Assembly (NCBI GenBank): GCA_002269645.1
Contig: NIVC01001001.1
Location: forward strand, 62,001 to 126,000
Direction: 5' to 3'
Length of the DNA stretch: 64,000 nt
Origin: Macrostomum lignano
Taxonomy: Eukaryota
Shown one piece after another: positions 1-12,595 of this stretch. The notes beneath the pieces were generated by a model. That model saw only the letters and a list, made by a program, of their open reading frames with translations. It did not search any database and was not told the origin of the DNA. A program made the translations under genes and the position numbers. Position 1 is the first letter of the stretch; the number at the start of each line of letters is the position of its first letter.

Positions 1-472
1 CCTCTCCACATTTCCTACAACTCTGTTCTTTCCTCGGCTGCAGTTCCAAAGCATTATTTTCCTGCGTACGCAGCCAGAGCTGTCCTGTTGCGTTCCCAGC
101 TCTGCCTCCGCCCCCCCCCCAGCTCCCAGAATCTTCCTCTGGCCATCGCTGTCTCTCTCTACACCTGGCTGCGGAGTTCTCCCCAACCAAACGAATATGT
201 ACTCACAAAACTTGAAAGGAAACGGCGCTCCCCTGCAGCTGGTCGACTCTTCTCCTCCCACAAGTCTCTCTTCCCATCTGCTGGGTTGCCATTGACAACC
301 TGCGCGTACTCTGTTTATCTACACTAACCGATACATGAATACTTAATTATGCAATGCCACCAATTGAATACATTGTGGAATGCCTTGTTCTAAAACTTCA
401 TCATCAACTTGAATGGATGCATTGGAATGGAGTTGGACTATTGCTAATTGTATCTTAATGACATCAAGGACA

Positions 473-831
473 GGGGCCGTGGCCCAGTGGTGGCGCGGCG
501 CTCTGATGTGCCAGCGGCCCAGGCTCGATTCCAAGCGCAGTCGCATTAATTTGGGGCTGAATCGGAATCTCGGCTTGGCTCTGCTCGTGCAATTAACGCC
601 CTTGAGGCACAAGGCACAGTGAAGTGTACATGCCTAACGATAAATAAAATCTGAACTGCTGTGCACTCCTGTGAGTGTGTGCCTGTGCGTGTGCCTGCGT
701 ACGTATCCGCGCGCTTGTGTGCCTGCTCAGGGGAGTCGGCGGAATGGGCAGCAATGCCTCTCGCCGGTTGTGTGACAATGTCGCTTAAAGTCCGCCAGGG
801 TGCCACACAGCCCCTTGCTTCTAATAAAAAA
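473..831 (+). mobile_element. tRNA-derived SINE, family A
   Basis: Pol III A-box-like TGGCCCAGTGG, B-box-like GGCTCGATTCC and an AATAAAAAA tail. A highly similar second copy lies at 36039-36397. Confidence 0.85.
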
Positions 832-1646
832 CACATCATTGACTCTTAGTCAACCCGCAGCTAGCGAGAAGGCCAGCAGGCATTCACCATCCCGCTGGCC
901 TCCGAGCACGAACACGCAGGCACGGCGCTCATACAGAGTGTACAGGGTACAGCGGCCCTCGACTCTCCCTTTTGAAGCTCGTGGTCGCCAACTTTTTTTC
1001 GCGATACATAATTTTATAATATGCTACTTACTTACTAAGTAGTATCAACCATGATAGTTCCATCATTAATCCTTTAAAAACAGTTATATATATATAAGCA
1101 AAACTTCAAATTCATATTTAAATACATGCAATTTAATAAAGTACTTTTAAGCAAAAACCTTTAAAGTGTATTTATAATAAATGATTATTAACCAAAACAA
1201 TAAAACGAGAAGTACAAGACCTTATGCTTCGAGTACAAGTGCACTTTAAACCAATCGAATAAATATCATAAATTGCACATAAATATGTTTTATATCAATA
1301 TGAAGTATTTTCGCAGGCACCAAAACAGCAGCACTAAGTAGAACAGAAAATATGCATATTAAGTCTGTCTTAAATTTGATATGCTTTTCCGACATTTCTT
1401 GGAAAACATACGCAAGTTAATTGACAGACAAAAACTAGAAAAATCTAAGCTAACAAGAAATTAAGCGGAGTGGCTATTGTTTGTTTTAAGAAACACTCAA
1501 AATTTGCAACAAGTTTCGTCACTTCAAATTTGTTGACCGCGGAGGTCAATAGAGAAAGACAGAAGCACAAGATGCTAAAAATGTGGCGTTAAAATTGCTC
1601 TAAATCTTTATACGATACCATAAGATTAGGAAAACAGATGACAGTA

Positions 1647-2011
1647 TGACTGACTGACTGACTGACTGACTGACTGACTGACTGACTGACTGACTGACTG
1701 ACTGACTGACTGACTGACTGACTGACTGACTGACTGACTGACTGACTGACTGACTGACTGACTGACTGACTGACTGACTGACTGACTGACTGACTGACTG
1801 ACTGACTGACTGACTGACTGACTGACTGACTGACTGACTGACTGACTGACTGACTGACTGACTGACTGACTGACTGACTGACTGACTGACTGACTGACTG
1901 ACTGACTGACTGACTGACTGACTGACTGACTGACTGACTGACTGACTGACTGACTGACTGACTGACTGACTGACTGACTGACTGACTGACTGACTGACTG
2001 ACTGACTGACT

Positions 2012-2051
<40 letters not shown>

Positions 2052-2091
2052 GGCAGACCGACAGACACACAGACAGACAGACAGACAGAGA
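1647..2091. repeat. Compound tetranucleotide microsatellite: (TGAC)n, about 92 units at 1647-2014, then (AGAC)n
   Basis: Directly visible. It accounts for the SQSV/CLSV ORFs. Confidence 0.98.
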
Positions 2092-2261
2092 CAAGTACGC
2101 ATTGCATTGCAAGAATGCACTGCCACCAATTGAAAAACTAATATAATCATGATGAACAAGAGCTCATACGTTGTGACTAGAATGCGTCATTTAAAATTTC
2201 GTCCAATTGACTCGAATGAACCGAAGCAACAAAAGCTTGGAAATGAACTGTATTCCTTCAG

Positions 2262-5200
2262 CTAGATGTCCACGCAGCACAGCAGCGGATCTCCGCAGCA
2301 TCCCAATTTTGATGGAGAAGATCCAGTCTGCTGACCAACCGGCTCGTCAATGTGACTGCCAAACAGGGTGAGCAGTCGCGGATTAACTCGGCAGACAATA
2401 TCGGCCGCTCTGAGCAGCTCTCCGTCGCTATTCCAAGCAGACAACGGCTGGTCGTCCTGCTGCCTGTGCAGAATTCTGACAGAGAATGCGCTCACCCGAC
2501 GGACAGCCACGCTGTCTAACTGAAACTGGGTCTCGACACCTTCCCAGCCACCCTGCTGCTCATCGATCAGTTTGGGCATCCAAGCTGGCCGGCAGGTGAG
2601 TCTGGTCAGATAATGCAGAAAGTGCAGCCGGTCCCGGCCCGGCACCGTCACCAGGTCTGCCAGGCCGTCGGCCAGATGAGCAAACGGCACTGCGCCGTGA
2701 GGACTCTTGGCCGATCGACACGGCATTGTGAAGCTCGATACCGACGCGTAGCGCCGGTGCGACTGACGCCATGCGTAGGCGTTACCGTTGCTAGGCAACG
2801 AAGCAACCGGTTGACGACGAATTGGGTCGACCCGATGTCCTGACACTGCCGGGCCGAGGTCGCGAACCGCCTGGCGGGCGATGTCGGCACTGGGAGGGTT
2901 GGCGCACAGCTGGCAGCGACGGTGGCAGGACAGCGGCTGACTGCAAACGGGAGTTTCGGTTTTTTTAAAGCTTGGGTTGAATAGACAGCCTTGTTTAGCT
3001 GAATTTTGTGGAGTTTTAGTGGAGGTTCTCTGAACTGTTTTGAGTTTATGACTTGGGAAGCGTTACCTTGGGATCTGGGAAGCGTTACCTTGGGATCTGG
3101 GAAGCGTTACCTTGGGATCTGGGAAGCGTTACCTTGGGATCTGGGAAGCGTTACCTTGGGATCTGGGAAGCGTTACCTTGGGATCTGGAAGCGTTACCTT
3201 GGGATCTGGGAAGCGTTACCTTGGGATCTGGGAAGCGTTACCTTGTCATCTGGGATCTGGGAAGCGTTACCTTGGGATCTGGGAAGCGTTACCTTGTCAT
3301 CTGGGATCTGGGAAGCGTTACCTTGGGATCTGGGAAGCGTTACCTTGGGATCTGGGAAGCGTTACCTTGGGATCTGGGAAGCGTTACCTTGGGATCTGGG
3401 AAGCGTTACCTTGGGATCTGGGAAGCGTTACCTTGGGATCTGGGAAGCGTTACCTTGGGATCTGGGAAGCGTTACCTTGGGATCTGGGAAGCGTTACCTT
3501 GGGATCTGGAAAGCGTTACCTTGGGATCTGGGAAGCGTTACCTTGGGATCTGGGAAGCGTTACCTTGGGATCTGGGAAGCGTTACCTTGGGATCTGGGAA
3601 GCGTTACCTTGGGATCTGGGAAGCGTTACCTTGGGATCTGGGAAGCGTTACCTTGGGATCTGGGAAGCGTTACCTTGGGATCTGGGAAGCGTTACCTTGG
3701 GATCTGGGAAGCGTTACCTTGGGATCTGGGAAGCGTTACCTTGGGATCTGGGAAGCGTTACCTTGGGATCTGGGAAGCGTTACCTTGGGATCTGGGAAGC
3801 GTTACCTTGGGATCTGGGAAGCGTTACCTTGGGATCTGGGAAGCGTTACCTTGGGATCTGGGAAGCGTTACCTTGGGATCTGGGAAGCGTTACCTTGGGA
3901 TCTGGGAAGCGTTACCTTGGGATCTGGGAAGCGTTACCTTGGGATCTGGGAAGCGTTACCTTGGGATCTGGGAAGCGTTACCTTGTCATCTGGGATCTGG
4001 GAAGCGTTACCTTGGGATCTGGGATTTGGGAAGCGTTACCTTGGGATAAGGATTTTAGGAAGCGTTACCTTGGGATCTAGAATCTGGGAAGCGTTACCTT
4101 GAGATCTGGGATTTGGGAAGCGTTACCTTGGGATAAGGATTTTAGGAAGCGTTACCTTGGGATCTGGAATCTGGGAAGCGTTACCTTGAGATCTGGGATT
4201 TGGGAAGCGTTACCTTGGGATCTGGGATGCGTTACCTTGAGATCTGGGATGCGTTACCTTGAGATCTGGGATGCGTTACCTTGAGATCTGGGATGCGTTA
4301 CCTTGAGATCTGGGATGCGTTACCTTGGGATCTGGGATCTGGGAAGCGTTACCTTGAGATCTGGGATGCGTTACCTTGGGATCTGGGATCTGGGAAGCGT
4401 TACCTTGAGATCTGGGATCTGAGAAACGTGACCTTGGAATCTGAGAAATGTGACCTTGGGATCTGGGAGACGTGATTTTGGGATCTAAGAAAAGTAAACT
4501 TGGGATCGGGGACACGTGATTTTGGGATCTAAGAAAAGTAAACTTGGGATCTGAGAAAAGTGACCTTGGGATCGGGGAGACGTGATTTTGGGATCTAAGA
4601 AAAGTAAACTTGGGATCTGAGAAAAGTGACCTTGGGATCGGGGAGACGTGATTTTGGGATCTAAGAAAAGTAACCTTGGGATCTGAGAAAAGTAACCTTG
4701 GGATCTGAGAAAAGTAACCTTGGGATCTGAGAAACGTGACCTTAGGATCTGAGAAACGTGACCTTAGGATCTGCGAAACGTGACCTTGGGATCTGAGAAA
4801 CGTGACCTTGGGATCTGAGAAACGTGACTTTGGGATCTGAGAAACGTGACCTTAGGATCTGCGAAACGTGACCTTGGGATCTGCGAAACGTGACCTTGGG
4901 ATCTGAGAAACGTGACCTTGGGATCTGAGAAACGTGACTTTGGGATCTGAGAAACGTGACCTTAGGATCTGCGAAACGTGACCTTAGGATCTGCGAAACG
5001 TGACCTTGGGATCTGAGAAACGTGACTTTGGGATCTGAGAAAACTGACCTTGGGATCTGAGAGACGTCACCTTGGGATCTGAGAAAAGTGACCTTGGGAT
5101 CTGAGAAAAGTGACCTTGGGGATCGGGGAGACGTGACCTTGGGATCTAAGAAACAGGAATGGCATCTGACCTGTTAAACTTGACGTGACCTTGGGATCTA

Positions 5201-8200
5201 GAATCGCTGAGCTCAATAATCACAGCTACATAGGACGAATGTTTTAGCAAAACCATCAATGTACACACCGAACAGGCTCAGTCTCGATCAGGGTGACCTC
5301 CAGCAGGTGCCTGGGCAGCCGCATCAGAGTCAGTGCGCCCATCAGATCGTAGCGCATTGGTCCCAGCCAGCGCAACGACTCGCTGCCTTTGCAAATATCC
5401 CCAAAATAGCCGTACGACAGCAAGCCGAGGTTATAAGCGATAAATTCGCCAGTGTGCAAATCGTACACTGAGGTGACGTCCATAGCAACCCGGTTGCCAA
5501 GCAGAATATGCACCAATGCAGTTGTTGCGTCGGTGTTGTTATTGACGCTGTGCACGATTGCGTCCGTGCTGCCTGAAATTGGCGAACAAACTTTAACTGC
5601 AATATTCGCTTACTGCTACTTAAAGTAGTCTAATTTTAAAAAGTAATATCTCGTATATAGAAAAATGGAATTAGGATTCTTAAAATAGGGATCGGGATTA
5701 AAAGCTTAGGAATCGGGACTCAAATATTAAGGATCAGGATCTATATATTAGGGATCGGGATCTATAGATTAGGGATCTTATAGATTAGGGATCGGGGTCC
5801 AGAGATTAGGGATCGGGATCTATAGATTAGGGATCAGGATCTATAGATTAGGGATCAGGATCTATAGATTAGGGATCGGTGTCCAGAGATTAGAGATCGG
5901 TATCTATAGATTAGGGATCGGGATCTATAGATTAGGGATCGAGATCTATAGATTAGAGATCAGGATCTATAGATTAGGGATCAGGATCTATAGATTAGGG
6001 ATCCGTGTCCAGAGATTAGAGATCGGTATCTATAGATTAGGGATCGGAATTCGTAGTTTAGGCATCGGGATTCACAGAGTAGGGACCGGGATCTATAAAT
6101 TAGGGATTAGGATCTATAGATTAAGGATCGGGATCTATAGATGAGGGATCGGAATCTATAGATTAGAGATCGCAATTACATTAGACATCGCAATTCAAGG
6201 GATCTTGGCACCTACCGGACGGTATCACTCCGATCGGCATGTCGGCAGGGTGCTCAGCGTCCAACTTGGAGTGCCCGTCGATGCCGAGGTCGAGCCGACG
6301 CCGCAGCAGCAAGCCGTGCACCAGCTCCGACAGGATTCCGTCACCGCCGACGCAGGCAACGCTGAATCAATCATAGGGTAGATTTGCATTGTTTACAGGC
6401 TAAATTAACGCGTCATGTGCAAATTATCCTACTTAAAAAGTAGGAAAAAAGGCATTTTTAAACAAACGGGAGCCGCTATGGCACCATAAAACACACCCAA
6501 AAGATGGTCATAAATGACACGCAAGATGGTGATAAAAGATACCCAAAAGTTGGTCATAATAAATACACCTAAAATACGGTTAAAAAGACACCCAAAATAT
6601 GGTAGTAAAAGACACCCAAAATATGGTAATAAAAGACACCCAAAAGAGGGTCATAAAAGATACCCAAAATATAGTCATAAAAGACACCCCAAATATGGTC
6701 ATAAGACACCCCAAATATGGTCATAAGACACCCCAAATATGGTCATAAGACACCCAACCAAAATATGGTCATAAAAGACACCCCAAATATGGTCATAAAA
6801 GCCACCCAAAATATGGTCATAAGACACCCAAAATATGGTCATAAAAGTCACCTCAATTATGGTCATAAAAGACACCCCAAATATGGTCATAAAAGACACC
6901 CAGAATATGTTCATAAAAGACACCCTAAATATGGTCATAAAAGCCACCCCAAATATGGTCATAAAGCCACCCCGAATATGGTCATAAGACACCCAAAATT
7001 TGGTCATAAAAGTCACCTCAAATATGGTCATAAAAGACACCCTAAATATGATCAAAAGACACCACAAATATGGTCATAAAAGACACCCAAAAGAGGGTCA
7101 TAAAAGATACCCAAAATATAGTCATAAAAGACACCCCAAATATGGTCATAAAGCCACCCCGAATAAGGTCATAAGACACCCAAAATATGGTCATAAAAGT
7201 CACCTCAAAAATGGTCATAAAAGACACCCTAAATATGATCAAAAGACACCTCAAATATGGTCATAAAAGCCACCCCAAATATGGTCATAAAAGCCACCCC
7301 AAATATGGTCATAAAAGACACCCCAGATCGCGACATACAACGCCCATCCCGTACCAATCAAATTTCGCTAAGCACTCGCGCAGCAAAAAGTCCCTAGCAT
7401 GATAGCGCCGCTCGGTGCGAATGGTAACTACTTGAATGCCGCAGGCGGTTAGCCAGGGCAGCACCAGACTCTTGGCTAGGGCATCGGAGCCGCCGCCGCC
7501 GCTTGTAGGATTAATAAACAGCAGCAGAGATTTCAGGCGTCTGAAGTGGCAGAAATGGAAGCGCAAGGGCGGGTGACTAAATATTGATTGTGAATGTGCA
7601 AAGAATGAAAACTAGCGAGCTCAAAACTGATGTCCTCTCTTATCTAGCCTAGGTTATTAATCTGTCCCCTAAGATAAAAACAGCTTGCCTTACCTTAGCC
7701 TGTAGGGCCACGAGGACACAGCGTGCAACCGCCAAAAGCATTTTAAAGTTCAACTTTGACCCTCCCCCCCCCCTCACAATTTGTGACTTGACCTACACGA
7801 GACACCCAAGTTCATAGCGAGTGTCATGAAATCATGGAGTCTGCAGACTTCTGCGACTTCGGTAGGTTGGAGAGGATCGGCAGTGAAAAGGGTAGGGTGG
7901 AGACTTAGGTGTTTTAATCTAGCATCTTGAAGCGCTTAAAAACCTTTAATGGAATCGAAGAGGGGATGGGAGAGAAGGGAGAAGAGGAAAGAGAGGAAAG
8001 AGCTGTGGTTAGAGGTAGAGGAGGGAAGGAAGAGAATAGCAGAGATGAGAAAAGGAGATGAGAGAGAGAGAGAGAGAGAGAGGAGAAGGGCACCTCCAAT
8101 CTCAGGCACTGACACGGTAACAGTGCAAAGGACTGAAGAAAGAAGAGAGGAGAGAGAGAGAAGAGAAAAGGAGGAGATGTGAGACAGGAGGGAAGAGAAT

Positions 8201-9068
8201 AGTAGGAGATGAGAGAGGAGAGAAGAGAGAAAAAGAGGAGATGAGAGAGGAAAGAAAAAAGAAAAAGAGGAGATAAGAGAGGAGAGAAGAGAGAAAAAGA
8301 GGAGATGAGAGAGGAAAGAAAAAAGAAAAAGAGGAGATAAGAGAGGAGAGAAGAGAGAAAAAGAGATGAGAGAGAAAAGGAGATGAGAGAGGAAAGAAAA
8401 AAGAAAAAGAGGAGAGAAGAGAGGAGAGAAGAGAGAAAAAGAGGAGATGAGAGAGGAAAGAAAAAAGAAAAAGAGGAGAGAAGAGAGGAGAGAAGAGAGA
8501 AAAAAAGGAGATGAGAGAGGAGATACAAAGAGACACAAACCTGGAGCGGACCGAATGCCTTTATGAAGTTTCAAAGGACCCGAGGGCCAGCTGGTAGAGA
8601 GGCTTTGCGGGGCTCAAGTGGCACATGGGCCGGAGTCCACCTACCCCTGCCTTAGCCATTAGGACACATAAGCACAGGCCACAGTTACTGTCAAACTAAA
8701 TCACCTCACCTGTAAACTTTCAACCGATCCAACAAAATCCGACTGCACTCCAGCGCGTCTGGCATGTTAGTAAATCTTAACCGACTTAGCGACCAAAGCG
8801 CACTGTCGCCTGGCAACCGCTTGGCAACAATCAATTCCAGTGTATTAGACACGAGATTGTCATTGGGAGTCAATGCGTTCAACACTAGGCTAAGAGGGAC
8901 ACTCTCGGCAGTTTTAGGACTGTTGGCAAATTGCCAAATCAGACGCTGCTGCAAACTATTCGAACTTGTTAAGCCGGCTGCGGGTAGCTGAAGTTTACAG
9001 GCCAGTCCCATAAACTGACAGTCGAATTGGAAGCTCTGCGCTTCAGTAGCGGCGGCGGATTCTGACAT
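2262..9068 (-). CDS. CERK: Ceramide kinase (DAGKc/sphingosine kinase family), 5 exons, about 557 aa
   Basis: Exons 9068-8710, 7540-7355, 6361-6216, 5572-5269 and 2940-2262 all have GT-AG boundaries with consistent phases (1674 nt). Motifs LLLFINPTSGGG, CVGGDGILSELVHGL, IGVIPSGSTD, YGYFGDICKGSESLRWLGPMRYD, AHLADGLADL and SAWNSDGELL match CERK. Exon 1 is plausibly the PH-like N-terminus. Confidence 0.9.
3050..5200. repeat. 22-bp minisatellite (CTGGGAAGCGTTACCTTGGGAT) filling CERK intron 4
   Basis: Near-perfect array from 3050 to about 3980, then progressively diverged units (GATGCGTTACC, GAAACGTGACC) to about 5200. Confidence 0.95.
5690..6190. repeat. About 21-bp minisatellite (GGGATCGGGATCTATAGATTA) in CERK intron 3
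   Basis: Tandem units with the palindromic core ATCTATAGAT. Confidence 0.9.
6480..7325. repeat. 23/24-bp minisatellite (AAATATGGTCATAAAAGACACCCC) in CERK intron 2
   Basis: Tandem units that explain the HKRHPKYG ORFs. Confidence 0.92.
7965..8525. repeat. AG-rich low-complexity tandem tract in CERK intron 1
   Basis: Polypurine GAGAGGAGAGAAGAGAGAAAAAGAGGAGAT-type units. Confidence 0.9.
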
Positions 9069-10179
9069 GCCGCAGTGTACAATTCGACAGGCATGCTGTG
9101 GGTTGTGAATTTCACTTAGCTCACAGTTTCTAAAAATTCAATTAATATTTCCACAAAGTATAAATTATGATAGACTCTAAAATGGCCAAACTTACATATA
9201 TTCTCTTTAAAAATCTAGTAATTAGTGCCAGAAAGCAAATTTCAATATTTTTAAGACTTTTGACTTTCAATTTTAATAATTTAATTAGCTAGGCCTCAAT
9301 GTTAATTATTTTGATTTTTATAAAGTATATTTTACAGATTTTGTTTTTTTACAATTTTCTATATTTTAGCTTAGTTAGATGATCCCTGATTAGAATAGCT
9401 ACTAAATAAAAGTAAATATTAACAATAACAAGCAATAACAAGTATAGGTTTATTTATTTAATGATATCACCATCATATAATCCTAGCCTTAAACTATAAC
9501 AATACTGACAGTAGGCCCTATGCCCATAGATAAATTGGCCCATAGGGCATAGGTAAATAGATTATATAAATATAATGGTATTGTAATTATATTTAAAATC
9601 TCTTAAAATATCTACAATGAATTTTTAAATGAATTACATTATTGTTAAGGGGTCTAATGAGATTTCTTAAAGGCTATTTTATACTGAAAGTTCATGTTGT
9701 TTCAACCATAGCTTATCTAAAAATAACTATTTTTCAATAAAAATTTTTACTTGAAGAATTATTATCTATAGACAAACTAGCTCCTCAAAAGCTACTCTGC
9801 TACAAGCCAAATTGTTTGAATCTAGTGAGGAAGGGCTTCTTGTAATACAGTATGAATGCTTTAAAAACCTATTCGTGTTACATTTATTTCTTAGAAAGAC
9901 CATTATTTGAATTCTCGCAAAAATGCTAATATTTTTGTTTTAATGTTGTGAACGCAATTAATATTGTACAAAACCAATTTTGTTTTAAATACATGGGCAA
10001 AACGGTATAAATAGGAGCCTAGAATGGGCCAAGAGGATAACTCCTTCCTGCATGCTCAGGCAAGACAGTGACAATTAGTTCACTTGATAAATATTCCAAA
10101 GCATTCTTACTCAACTTACTCATTTCGACAGTATAAGAACCCCAATTGGGAGTATCAGAAACCGCTACAAGCGAGAAAC

Positions 10180-10335
10180 CGCCTCAGGGCAGTAAATTGT
10201 AAATTCGCCTCAGGGCAGTAAATTGTAAATTCGCCTCAGGGCAGTAAATTGTAAATTCGCCTCAGGGCAGTAAATTGTAAATTTGCCTCAGGGCAGGAGA
10301 ACCACCTCATAACGAGAGAAGATCGCCTCAGGGCA
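10180..10335. repeat. 26-bp tandem repeat (CGCCTCAGGGCAGTAAATTGTAAATT), about 4.5 copies plus a partial copy
   Basis: Directly visible. Confidence 0.9.
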
Positions 10336-10520
10336 GAGAAGGAGCATAAGCTGTGACCCTCTGATCCAGGGAATGCCCAGGACTGAGAGAATAATATTTT
10401 AGGGGAAGTATAGGAATAGAATAGACAGTGCTATTAGACCGCTCAGGCCAGAAAGTACAATAGAAGTACATACGCTACCAATAGAAGTACATGCGCTACC
10501 AGTAGAAAGACAATTAATAA

Positions 10521-10807
10521 CATACATGCGCAACCTCCAAAATTCGGTCGGCCGTGCGACTTAGTTTAACAAAAATGCGACGTAGTTTTTAGCCAAAAAT
10601 GCGACTTACATGTAAAAAAATCCTAAAGCAAAATTAACGCAACTTTGGGTAAACGGCAGGAGTAACTATGACTGTCTTATTAACCCAAAATGCCTCGTCA
10701 GCTACTTAGTACTACTTCTTGGGTGTTTTTTGGGTGGGCATTTTTGCAACTTCCTTGGTTGGCCGCCAAATCGGTCGGCCAGATCGGCCGACTGTTGCGC
10801 ATGTATG
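10521..10807. mobile_element. 287-bp MITE (8-bp TSD, hAT-like class) carrying a 28S rRNA-like fragment
   Basis: Perfect 14-bp TIR CATACATGCGCAAC (10521-10534 and 10794-10807). Perfect 8-bp TSD ATTAATAA (10513-10520 and 10808-10815). Confidence 0.85.
10647..10710 (+). other. Degenerate 28S rRNA fragment (helix 69-71 region); not a functional rRNA gene
   Basis: The sequence GGGTAAACGGCAGGAGTAACTATGACTGTCTTATTAACCCAAAATGCCTCGTCAGCTACTTAGT aligns ungapped, 53/64, with the conserved eukaryotic LSU sequence GGGTAAACGGCGGGAGTAACTATGACTCTCTTAAGGTAGCCAAATGCCTCGTCATCTAATTAGT (recalled from memory). Confidence 0.85.
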
Positions 10808-12595
10808 ATTAATAACCACTAGAATTGTTAAGGAGAAATAGCTTTATTACAACTTTGGTAACAGCAATGAGAAACTATTAAGAAGGAAGAATCCCCCTGT
10901 TACAGCTTTTGGTTACAGTAGTAGGATTTTGTATCGTATGGGAACACCCCTACGACAACTTTGGTGGCATTTAGTGGGATTCTCAGTGCACAGGAAACAC
11001 CCCTAGCACAGCTTGGTGTCAGCGATTGAGATTTTATAGAGAGACAGAGCCCTAGGACACTAGGTATATCAGCTTTGAGTATCTATATTATATACAATAT
11101 GCTAAGAAAAGCAAAATTAAAAAAATGACCTAGTCACCTAGACAAGATCTATGCACTTTTAACTTTAAGTAGCAACTTGCCAAAAAAGTAAAAGATCATA
11201 TAGTTTTGTGTTCTATCTCTATAGTATAATAGACTCTATAAAAAAGATAAATGATATCAATAAAGAAAGAGGGCCATCAAGGGACACAATGGCAACAGTG
11301 ACCAACCTGGTTAAGCCTAGCCAACAAGATGCTTAAGAATATACAAAATAACCTAGAAAATGAGAAATGATCTCTAATGATCCTTATCTTTTATCTTTTG
11401 ATCTTGCCAAGTACTTAAAGAATGACCAAAATATATTTTTTCTATTCTTTAAAAGGATTTATATGTCTAAGGTCTTATAATAAAACTAAGCAAGATAAGA
11501 TTGATAATGGTCAAAATAGACAAAGTTTAAATAGATGTTGCATTTTTTGCAAAGGAAAATAGTCATCATTAGAAGCCAAAAAATAAGTAATAATTTTTGT
11601 CAAGTCAAGTAGTAAGTCAAGTTTTGTTGCTTTGAATCAAGTAGCTTGCATTGAATCAAGTAATTTTTAAGTTTTTTGGTAAATATTTTGATAAATATTT
11701 ATTTTGATTCAACTTATTAATTAATATTTTGTACTTTTAAATTTGAAAAACTATTGTACTTTGTTTATTTTTTGCTGCTATCTTGTGATATAATAATGCT
11801 TGCTATTATTTTAATATTTTTTTATATGCTAAAGCTTGTTTTAATAGCAATCAATGAATAATGATATCATTAAAATAATAAAATAAAAAATATTGCTCAT
11901 TGACATTAAATCATTATTTATAGCCTATGATAGTGTTGTGTTTTATAGGTCTTTTGGCTTAGTATTAGGCTCTTACTAAATCCTTCTATTCGAATTTGTC
12001 TGTTGCATGCATTTTAGCACTTCACTTCACTTAGACAGTTGAAGGCGTCAGGTAAAACAGGCATAAATAGGCACACTAGGCCTAGGCAGAAATACTTTTA
12101 CTTCCTCAACACAACGCCCTCAATGAAGTCACAGGTCACAGACTCACAGTCACAGCTTACAATTACAAATATTGTCTGCCTCTACTGAGCACTTAAAAAA
12201 TATAGTACAGCTACTAATTGTGTGAGTAATTTCATAACTCAAGGCTAATTCCTTGATTCGAATACTCAAAATACAAAACTGAATTTATTTCAACAGTATA
12301 AAACTGTAGCTAATTTACTATTATTGAGAAAAATTCAAGACCTTGCCCGGGCCTATTGCCGATGCATATTTCTTAGAAAAACTCGTGTTTAAAGTTTTGC
12401 AAATTTGTTTAAACATGTGTACATTGGGGAATATTGGATATATTAAGTATAAACAAAAGACTTGAGTCTTTGCGAAACACAAGCAGTGATGCGCAGGTTT
12501 CGTAAGTAGCGACAAGTTTCCTATTACAATTTGTGCCTTTACTGCAGTACTGCTGAAATATTACTAAAAATAATTTTTCACTTCTTTTTATCTAG

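Noticed and set aside
473-560. tRNA genes at the SINE heads (also 20324, 36039, 36804)
   Set aside because: They have A/B boxes but no complete cloverleaf, and they continue into shared SINE bodies and tails.
1589-2159. 170-177 aa ORFs (SQSV/CLSV repeats)
   Set aside because: They are translations of a stop-free microsatellite.
3006-4102. 322-349 aa ORFs in three frames
   Set aside because: They arise from the 22-bp intronic minisatellite, antisense to a CERK intron.
6514-7266. His/Lys/Pro-rich HKRHPKYG ORFs resembling histidine-rich peptides
   Set aside because: These are satellite translations inside CERK intron 2, with frames broken by 23/24-bp unit changes.
7914-8574. Leu/Ser/Phe-rich or Glu/Arg-rich ORFs (also 14041-14551 and 59739-60485)
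   Set aside because: These are low-complexity AG/CT tracts.
10647-10710. Functional 28S rRNA gene
   Set aside because: Only about 64-85 nt match, the helix 69 pairing is disrupted, and the segment is embedded in a MITE.
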